Below are positions 1 through 9,427 of a stretch of DNA of 64,000 nt, in pieces. Every line of letters begins with the position of its first letter. Position 1 is the first letter of the stretch. The stretch lies in assembly GCA_965112155.1 (NCBI GenBank), contig OZ218098.1. One strand, given 5' to 3'. The notes beneath the pieces are model-generated. The model saw only the letters and a program-made list of their open reading frames with translations. It did no database searches and was not told the DNA's origin. Source of the DNA: Podarcis liolepis (lineage: Eukaryota). The position numbers and the translations under genes are program-made.

Positions 1-1163
1 GGAAAGCAGAGCACACAGACTAAAATGCTAGACTGACACACCTACTGTCTGGAACTTCTTGATTCATTTTGAAGTCTGGAGGCGACTTCAACGGAGAAAT
101 GGTTATGGCCCTATAGAAAACAATTCTGAAATTGAGGGTTATTGTGTAGCTGTGATTGGGCCTGTGCACCCCAAAACAAAAGGTAGTAAGTCTCTCCAAG
201 TCATCTTTTACATCAAGAAAACGGATCACCCCAACCTTTGCAAACATATTAAACAGTTAACATGCCAATACTTAATGCTAATAAAATTAATCATTAAGAG
301 AATAGGGGGTATTTTATATGGCAAAGTGGTCTAATATTGTTATACTCATATTGCTAAGAGGTGGAAGAGAGTACAGTAGTTTACTACAACCCTGCAGTGC
401 AGTTCAGAAAATCCAGGACTGGTATATTTCAGGAAATACCTTTGTGGGACCCACATTACATGTGAATGCATCTAGTCCCTTTGGAGGGAGGTGACTCTTT
501 TATAGTGTTTATTATTAGAGCTTCTAATAGCAAATAACTCCTTAGGTCAATGAAGACTGCAATCTCTCTTACCTTGGAGTAAGTCCTGCAGAACTGAGTG
601 TTACTTGCTTCTGATTATAGGATTGTGATGTGTAGGGTGAAAAAACTTGTTATATTTTCATTTCATTGGGTGCCATTTACTTCACCATTCAGGTCTGATC
701 GTGAACTAATTTACTTCAGCCTTATTGTCAGTCTTAGTGCTTTTCAACACAATGACTTTCATGTACTTCCAGGCATTATTTATTTATATGCCATTGTATG
801 TGACAAGGGTACAAGTATATCCTCTATTATATGTGTATAAAAACTGTTGTTGTTTTTGCACCTCTGAAGCCATTATTTGAAACTTACTGGTTGATCCATG
901 GCAAAATGAAAATTCCCCTATTCCCAAAGCATTATGTCAAATATTCTTCCCTCTTACTCTGTCCAGCATCCATCTGAAGATGTCGACTGTTGTGTGACTC
1001 AGCTATCTGCATGGGTGGTGTCTAACTGGTGTTTGCTAGAGATAATGTTCCCCACTACATCCTCTATTCTGGCTCTTTTGTTTGTTTTGCTTATAGGCAG
1101 GAAAAGAACAAAACTTTTTCCATAGACTTCTAAGAAGGCCTGCGTGTAACAGGCCAAAAAAAC

Positions 1164-1190
1164 ATGACGGAAAATGACAGGTGCACAACT
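1164..1190 (+). CDS. Galectin-related gene, putative first coding exon (MTENDRCTT)
   Basis: ATG in AACATGA context, in-frame upstream TAA at 1131, GTAAGT donor at 1191 (phase 0), polypyrimidine acceptor at 1096/1100. Confidence 0.6.
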
Positions 1191-4100
1191 GTAAGTATTG
1201 AAAAATCTACTTTCTTGCAAGCCTATTTACCGTATTTGTTGCTCTATAAGACTCACTTTTTCCCTCCTAAAAAGTAAGGGGGAATGTGTGTGCGTCTTAT
1301 GGAGCGAATGCAGGCTGTGCAGCTATCCCAGAAGCCAGAACAGCAAGAGGGATCGCTGCTTTCACTGCACAGCGATCCCTCTTGTTGTTCTGGCATCTGA
1401 AATTCAGATTATTATTTTTCTTGTTTTCCTCTTCCAAAAACTAGTTGCGTCTTATGGTCTGGTGCGTCTTATAGAGCGAAAAATACGGTATTTGTGTAAG
1501 TATGTAAAGAGGAAGAGGCGAATGAGTTTTTATTTAACTTATTCATTTTAATGTTACATCTCTTTGAATCCTGGGGGGAAAAATCAGATATGGATTTGCC
1601 TGCCAGTGCTAATCCCGTAAATGTCTTTGTTTGGCTGCAGCATCCACATTGTTCAGACAGAGTGCTATTAAATGCTTCTGATGCACTGAAATCAGAAGCA
1701 GAAAAAGAGGGCTCATAGAGTGGGAGGCCACACAAACTGAACCAGTCTGTTCCCCTTTGCGAGTACAGCAGCATACATTTCCTCCATACATTTACCATAT
1801 TGTAAATAAGCCAAGCGATTCTCTACCCATTTTAAGTGACTATGTCAGTGAAAGGTGTCAGTCAAGGCTGCAGTTCCTGCCAACCATGAAATTATTAGTT
1901 GTGAGATAACATGATTGTTTTAGATGTTTGAAACTGCTTTAAGTCCATTTTTATTTTTCATTTTTAAAAAATCACTTGCCACCTTGGCAAGAAGGGCAGG
2001 ATATAAATTTAATAATAATAAATTGCCACGGAATGCAGTGAGACTTACTTCTGAGTAAATCAATTGAGAACCAGGCTGCACAAGGAAAGCTACTGCAAAG
2101 TACTTCTGTGGCTGGCATTTTAAGATTAAGATTCTGTAGAAATAACTGGTTAAATTGAAAATGGGAAATGTTTTGCAACTGTGAGGCTTTAACAAACCAA
2201 TGACGGTCATGGAAACTTTTAAAAAATGCATATCAAGTAACCACACCCATCCTTGTGGATGGCAGGGCCAGGAATCAATCTAGATTGAAAGCAGCATGCT
2301 AAAGACAAGCATGAACTATTCCAGACTGAGAAAACACTATATTTTTGTGCTACAAATGGCTTGGTGTTTGTGCAGGCATTGTGGTGCAGTACAGAATCAA
2401 TCTGCAAGGAGCTTTTATTTTTGGAATGAAGCACTTTTCAGGAGCAAATAGATCTAGATTGTTTGTGTACTATGTAGAGAAAAACAAGCACTCAGTTTCC
2501 TTTGATTCTAGAATAAAATGTCATGTGCACAGCTTAAGAGTCATCCAGTACAGTACATTTTTGTACTGGCAGTTCATAATTGCTCTGGGAGGTGTTTGGA
2601 CACACATTTCAAACATTCCAGATTACATTCCATTCTGTGATCAGTGCTTTTTCATTGTCTAGCAAGTATTCATGCGATAGGTCCCCTCACTCCATCTCTC
2701 CAAAGGACTGGAGGGAAAGAGTTGAAAGTTATGCCTGAATACGAGATTAGTGGTTTTGTTCTTGGAGTATTCAAGAAGGTTTCAATGAAGGATTGCTATG
2801 CCTCTAGTGAGCAAGGGATGTGGCATCTTTGACCCTCCAGATGTTGTTGGACTCAAGAGCTCCCATCAGTTGCAGCCAGCATAGCCAATGGTCATTTTAA
2901 TACATCAACATCTGGAGGGCCACAGGTGCATTATCCCTGCTGAGTAGCCATCTCTCTTAAACAGGATTTGGCAGTGGGTATAGGGTGGGAGGAGATTGTA
3001 ATGTTTCAAAAACTGGCAAAGTATTTACAACCAGAGACCATGCTTTAGCATATAAATAAAAAACAATAGTTCTGAAATAAGAGGCATATTGTTATGTGCT
3101 ACCCCAATCTCTGAGTGGTGAGAAATTCCAGGAGTTCCAGTGCTTACCTAGGGTTTGGCTTCCTTGAAATGAAAGTCAGTGGAGACAACACTTTCTTTAG
3201 GATCAGGGGTAGCATTTCCCATTTCATCGCTTGTGTCCTCCCCTGCAGTTTTATCCTCACAAAAGCCCTTTGAGGTAGCTAAGGAAGAGAGAGATGGGTC
3301 ACCTAGTGAGCTTCATAGCATAGGATTTGACTCTGGGGCTGTGTATACACCATACATTTGAAGCACTTTACCTCTCACAGAACCACAATTTCCAGCACCC
3401 TTAATAAACTACAGTTCCTAGATTCTTTGGGGGGAAGTCATGTGCTTTAAATATATGTTGTGTGTACACAGCCACAGGTCTCCATTTCCAGTCTGACATT
3501 GTAAGCATTGTATTACACTGACTGTTCACTACACATTTATTAAGTCTAGAGCAGGGGTCAGCAACCTTTTTCAGCTGTGGGCCGGTCCACTATCCCTCAG
3601 ACCATGTGGTGGGCCAGACTATATTTTGAAAGAAAATATGAATGAATTCCTATGCCCCACAAATAACCCAGAGATGCATTTTAAATAAAAGCACACATTC
3701 TACTCATGTAAAAACACCAGGCAGGCCTCACAAATAACCCGGAGATGCATTTTAAATAAAAGGACACATTCTACTCATGTAAAAACACACTGATTCCCGA
3801 ACCATCTGCAGGCCGGATTGAGAAGGCGATTGGGCTGCATCCATCCCCTGGGCCTTAGTTTGCCTACCCCTGGTCTAGAGTAACCAAAGTGTGAAACGAG
3901 GTTATTCAACCTTTTCGGGCTTGAGGGTACATTTGGAACTGTTGGAGGTACCATAAATATCCATTTGACGGAAGAAAAACAGGTGATGCTCACCCACCCC
4001 CATAACATGCAAAACACCTAGTCCTCCCCGCAAACTCCCCCAAATAAAACCGAGACAAAAAAAGCAGGCAATCTTTCTAAAAGTCAGCTCCCTAACCAAC

Positions 4101-6904
4101 CAAAAGCCCAAAAAACTACTTTAAAAAATTGAGAGGGGTCAGGGCCAAGGGGGCTGTCTGAAAATGATGTAGGGCCCACATTGCGGGCCCCAGGTGTAAA
4201 GAAATGCTTTCATGAGGCAGCGCAATCCTCAGCAAGACCTACGGTCCAAGGTAGCACTCTTGTGTACAGTTATCTGGGTGTAACCCTCAGTGAACTCCAG
4301 TTAAAAGGTTTGAGCTTCACACCCATTTTCCTTTCTCCTGCAGGGTGGCTCTTTGGATGAAAGACTGTAGCTCGGTTGTAGGTAGAGCACTTGCTCTGCA
4401 CGCATAAGGTCCCAGGGTCAAACCCCAGCATCTCCAGAGAGGACTGGGAATGTCCGCTGTCTGAAACCCTGGAGAGCCACTGCCAGTCACATTATTCCAG
4501 TACCGAGCAAGATGAACCAATAGTCTGACTTGGCATAAGGCAGATTTCTATGTTGTTGTTTTTAATGCAGAGCTTAAAAGACAGGTACACCTAGGAAGAA
4601 AACTCCTGTGTACGTATAGTATTAGTAATAGATAAATATGCAGCTTTGTATTTTATTGTACAGATGTCATTTTCAAACACATATTCAGAATTATTGTTTC
4701 CCCCATTAGGTGGAGAAATACGTCGGTGAGATTAAAGGAGGACTAAGGCCAACCATGAAAATCACTATCATGGGGGTAATATGCCCTGCCCCCAAGAGGC
4801 AAGTGTGTCAGCCGGCATTCTAGCAGCTGCTTCATGGATGTATCTGGCGAAAATTGCTCATAGGTGCAGATCTATTGAGAATAGCATTAGCTGGGCAAAA
4901 AGGGAGAGATAGTATCGTCAATATGGAGAACATCAGAGGAGCACTGAACATAATTCACTATTTCTGAGCACTGTAGCTCAGCACAGCATAACTGACCATT
5001 CTTAGCTCACACATCCAGACACTAGTCCCTTCCAATTCTAATCTTCTATGATTCCATAATTAAGTCTCCTGTGAAGCCAAAGTAATCACTCAAAAAGATG
5101 GCTGCCTGCTGGAACTCTGCATGCTTCTTTCAATTCGCCTTCACTGGGGATGGGTAATCCTGCTGACCCATCTCTGCTTCAGTTGTGGCTGGAGCACTGA
5201 ATGATCCTGATTCATCACAGAATTGCCTCTACTGTCACCAAGGCTCCCTATTGCCCCCCCCCCCCGCATGAGCCAGTGCTTGTGCTTCCATCCTTCCCAT
5301 TGGGAGGGCAGGGGAAAGGGGTCGTAATTTTGCTGTATTTGTTTGTTTGACTGGATCATTCCAACACTTCTGATGCAAAGATGGAGGAGAAATAGCTGTT
5401 CCCAGAGGAGGCATTCCCAGAATAATGCCCCATGCACAGAGCCAGCCATACCAGTAGGCAGAAAGCGGGAACCCAACTGTTCCTTCTGTACCCCCCCCCC
5501 CAGCTGTTTTCTTCTGTTGCTGTTTTGTTCTGCCTTGTCCCTCTAATCTGGCCTGCTGCTTTATGTGTACTGCAAGAAGCTATCCCATCACCCCTGGTGC
5601 TGAAGGAAAATTAATCTGCATGTCTGGTCAGCTGTTTAAAATTTGCTTAAGTAGCCACGCACAATGCATCATCGCCTCATATATCTGTGCTGTTTCTTAC
5701 AGAGCACTATGATGATGTCACACTAAAAAGGCAGGCTCTATGTCATTTCTGATGTATGTTTCTGGACAGCTCTCATAATGCTTTTTCAGCGTCTAGGCGA
5801 GTGCAGTTTAGCTACTTTTCTCCAATTGCAGCTGGAGGTAAGCATTTAATGCAGGGTTGGAGAACCTGTGGCCCTCCAGAGAAATTGCTGGGCTCCCACC
5901 AACCCCAGGCTACATGGCCCATGGCGAAGGATGGTGGGAGCTGCAGTAACAGCATTTGGAGGGCCACAGCTTTCACATCCTTAGACTAGGCCATACTTAC
6001 CCTGGAAACAAATATGACATTATAATGCCACAGCATGTGATAAATGAGCTCACTATTATGTTAGATTGTTGAATTGTTACTTATCACATGTTCATTCCTT
6101 CAAGTTTTTCAGTGACTTTGCTCTGTGACCCCATGGATGCCAATCTGGACATTGGGCTGTTGTTTGCAGTCAGCTTTCTTGAGAAATCCATTGTCCGGAA
6201 TTCACGGATTGCTGGGAAATGGGGTAAAGAGGAAAAGACCATTCCCTACTTCCCATTTACAACAGGGGAGTCATTTAAGGTAATTTTACTTGCTAGTATG
6301 GGAGACAGATATATAGACAGAGATATAAACTGCCTAAGACTCGCTGGCCCAGTATTGTCTCCTTTGACTGACAGCAGCTCTCCAAGGCCTCAGGCAGATT
6401 TTCTCTTTCAACTCTTCTGATCATCTAACTATAGGTGCTTGGAACTAAAGTTGTAGTCGTGTTTGTAATAAACATGTCCTCTATTTGCTCCATCTGTATT
6501 TACAGGATCAAAAGGAAGACCATTTATTTATTTATAAAGATATTTCTAGACTGTCAAGTCATAATAAAATATGGTTGCCATTTAAGTACGGTAGATCTTC
6601 CAGTGTAATATTTCCAATTGATTTTCAAAAGCATCTACGCATAATCAAGTCCCATTGAAATCAATAAGCTTTCGACTCATTACTTTGTGGGCGCCCAACT
6701 TTATTGGGATTGCTGTCAGTCTCTGCCCCTGCCACCCATGGATCTCCTTTGTTTTTTCAGATGGAGCTCTTGTGTGAACATCAGCAGATTCGGGTTTTGC
6801 TTGATGGACGTCAGCTCTGCAGTTTCACTCACCGTGTGCAGCCTATGCAAAGGGTGACAGCTTTACAAATCTCCGGAGACATCAAGCTCACCAAAGTGGC
6901 TTGA
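1164..6904 (+). CDS. Galectin-related protein-like (LGALSL/GRP paralog), 4 coding exons, 144 aa
   Basis: Exons 1164-1190, 4710-4798, 6105-6279 and 6761-6904 splice in frame to MTENDRCTT-VEKYVGEIKGGLRPTMKITIMGVICPAPKS-FSVTLLCD...RNSRIAGKWGKEEKTIPYFPFTTGESFK-MELLCEHQQIRVLLDGRQL...QISGDIKLTKVA*. Strong similarity to LGALSL (IKGGMRPG, IPYFPF, EILCEH, GDLQITKL) with matching exon phases. The first exon is the least certain. Confidence 0.85.
1230..1488. mobile_element. Tc1/mariner (pogo/Tigger-like) MITE
   Basis: TIRs CCGTATTTGTTGCTCTATAAGAC / GTCTTATAGAGCGAAAAATACGG flanked by TA; internal inverted repeat at 1330-1399. Confidence 0.8.
2810..2940. mobile_element. Short high-copy palindromic element (CCCTCCAGATGTT...ACTACAACTCCCA...CATCTGGAGGG family)
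   Basis: Related copies at ~5850-5985, 7625-7750, 14150-14280, 33615-33870, 43610-43680, 45105-45240 and 58130-58230; CAGG-type termini suggest hAT MITEs. Confidence 0.6.
3337..3473. mobile_element. Short TIR element (MITE) inserted in a MIR-like SINE; related copy at ~10866-11027
   Basis: TIRs GGCTGTGTATACACCATACATTTGAAGCAC / GTGCTTTAAATATATGTTGTGTGTACACAGCC. Confidence 0.65.
3552..3872. mobile_element. hAT (Charlie-type) non-autonomous transposon
   Basis: TIRs CAGGGGTCAGCAAC / GTTTGCCTACCCCTG; perfect 8-bp TSD GTCTAGAG (3544-3551, 3873-3880); internal ~70-bp tandem duplication. Confidence 0.88.
4355..4553 (+). mobile_element. Squam3-like tRNA-derived SINE
   Basis: TGTAGCTC...GGTAGAGCAC...AAGGTCCCAGGGTCAAACCCC head (A/B boxes); body CTGAAACCCTGGAGAGCCACTGCCAGTC; tail TAAGGCAGATTTCTATG. 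Confidence 0.75.
4710..4798 (+). CDS. Galectin-related gene, CRD exon 1 (89 nt)
   Basis: tag acceptor; VEKYVGEIKGGLRPTMKITIMGVICPAPK; GC donor AG|GCAAGT. Confidence 0.88.
6105..6279 (+). CDS. Galectin-related gene, CRD exon 2
   Basis: aag acceptor; FSVTLLC...WGKEEKTIPYFPF...FK; GTAATT donor. Confidence 0.92.
6761..6904 (+). CDS. Galectin-related gene, last coding exon
   Basis: ttttcag acceptor; MELLCEH...GDIKLTKVA, TGA stop. Confidence 0.92.
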   Translation: MELLCEHQQIRVLLDGRQLCSFTHRVQPMQRVTALQISGDIKLTKVA

Positions 6905-9299
6905 AGAAAAGAATATATAATCCCCTATCTCCCCTTGGTTGGTGAAGAAATGTTCTCCTTATGCCATTGGATATTGTTCCTTACTTTTGCTCTTATGTGT
7001 GCTTCTTGAGATTTTAAATGAAGGCTGAGCTCTATAAATAGCCTTATTATACCTTGATAAGTTGCAGCAATATATTTCAATGTGCATTCTTTTCAAGCTG
7101 CAGCACTTTTGTCTATGGCTGTTTACACATCACCAGCTTAAAACTCAGATTCTTTTTCTCAATTCAGATTGAAGCTGGATTGAGGAGAAACGCATCAAAA
7201 CACAGTATTTAATAAGAAATGACAGGGTAGATTTGAAGCGTAGCTATCATCATGTGTACACTATTTCCTAAACCAGCAATGGGAGGATGTAGAGTTAATG
7301 AGACTATGTACACAGCCTATAATAAGCTACCATATGGTAAAAGGCAGCACATATGTAGTTGTACTTTTTTCTAGCTGTACATCATCTGATCTGAAGCATT
7401 TCTGGTGTGGACAGTCATGCAATGACAACATGAAGAAAACAATGTGGTGAGAAAAAGGAGCATTCCTAATAAATCAGTCCCTATTCCACATCATGTGCAT
7501 GCCCCCAACATAAGGGTGGATCAGACTAGGAAGACAGGACTTTACATGCACCTTTTCCCTAACAGTTGCATTTTAAGAAGCCAATATACAGAATTTATAT
7601 GAATTAGTCTCAAGGTCTCATCAAGCTTTCCTATGTGAAGGGGATGGTGAATGTGGACTATAGCTCTCATCATCCCTGACCATTGGTTATGCTGACTGGG
7701 GCTGAAAGAAACTGGAGTCTCACAACATCTGGAGGGCAACAGATTCCCCATTCTTGCTATGACTTCAGAGAAAACACACAGAATTCTCTGTGGGTGCATT
7801 TGGGATCTGGGCAAATGTTTTGGTATGAAAGGTTGGATGCACAGAAAATAGTAATTTCCAAAACTGAGTGGGAGGGTTTCATATTATAGTGTTTAAAAAT
7901 ATATGCTCAGGCTTGAACCGGCAACCAAACACAGCAACTCTGCACATCATCTTTCCCTCTGGTTGTGACTGTTGAGTTTTATTATATAAAGTTGTTTTCC
8001 ACAAACAACCAAATCCATAGGCCAACTTTATGCTTGTCAGCAAGTCTCTTGTGCTTTTGAAATTATTAACATTTAAAGGCATACCACAAGTGGCTCATCA
8101 CTGTTTATTTTATTTTTTAAAAAACTTTTTTTGCAATTTTACAGCTGCAGAATAAATAAACAAATCGGAAATACAAACAAATCATAGAAAAGATCATACA
8201 AAAAAAATATGGAAGATCATTAAAACATACCCCAAATATCACTTTTAAATATGGTAATTACCTTCTGTGAAACCTCATTGTCAGAGCTTCTTAAGTGTTT
8301 CATGGGACATTTTTACTTAAAAAAGAAAAGAAAATACTATATTTGGCATGCAGTTCAATCTGCAGGAGTTACCCATCTTGAGACATCTAGCCTCATTATC
8401 CTCTACAGAAATTAATTTCCCACAGGTAAAACACAACATAAAAAATATTGGACCTGCCATTTCCCCTTTTCCTCTGCCTTCTGGCAGAAGGTACTTCTGC
8501 TTGTAAGAGGTGAACTGTTCTCAGGAACTCAAACTGGCCAGTGGGCTCTATACATGAACTTTCATATGGTCATACACAAATAGGCCAGCTTAAAAATGTA
8601 TAATATGCTATAAAAAAACAGAACTGAAGCTTAAAACCATCTAAAAGCTGGCAATGAAATTGGGAGGAATTCAGTGTTGCGCTATGATGAACCTTCCGTT
8701 TGTACAAGTATTTCATCTTGACAGGCAGAAAAGTTTCCCCTGCTCTTCTCCCTCTGCATGCTATTCTGGGTGTTCTCTGGACACACACACCCTAGGCAAC
8801 TTCAGGGGGAATGGAAGGAGGAAAGGAGAAAGACCCATTGCACAAGTGGGAATCCTTATGCAGGGCTTCTGCTGATGGGGCTTGTTAGGCGAATCCCATC
8901 CTATATCCTTCTGGGCTGTAAAGGTGAATGGAAACGGATGGCAGAGGTCCAATTCAATTTCCAAGCTTGATGTCCCCATTCTAGGTTTGTCCAATTCTGT
9001 GTCATGTGATTTAGCTTTACTCAGATGAATGTACCTGGTTGAGTATTCAGAATTCCCAGAATGATTCTAGGAAAATGATGCATAAGTATTGTGGACCACA
9101 TACAGGAACTGACTTATGAAAAAATCTGAATGTACAAGTCTTCAGATAGGGAAAGTGTGGTGAAGGCCCGAGTAGATTTGTTGGATGCAGGCTTTCTGTT
9201 TGGCTGAAACAACTCACTTATGCACCTCAAAAACCAACCATTATATTACCCCCAAAGCAATGATCCAAGTCTATGGTTTTGTCCACATAATGCAAATGT

Positions 9300-9427
9300 C
9301 TATGTTAGCTGTTTGATGGCTTCAATCCAGCTTGCCCTCTCTGCCTTGGAACTGGCCTGTATAAAGTAGTGAATGTCATTCTTTGTTATGATTTTGAAGA
9401 GGTTGCCCTGCACATTCCCTTTCACTC
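9300..9427 (-). CDS. PLEK2: PLEK2 exon 9 (stop TAG at 9302-9300)
   Basis: VKGNVQGNLFKIITKNDIHYFIQASSKAERASWIEAIKQLT*. Confidence 0.95.

Noticed and set aside
59-334. ORF with CVAVIGPVHPKTK resembling a galectin beta-strand motif, followed by donor-like GTAGTAAGT
   Set aside because: The available donors are phase 1 rather than phase 2, the similarity is too short, and the downstream ATG exon has an in-frame upstream stop. At most this is a 5' UTR exon.
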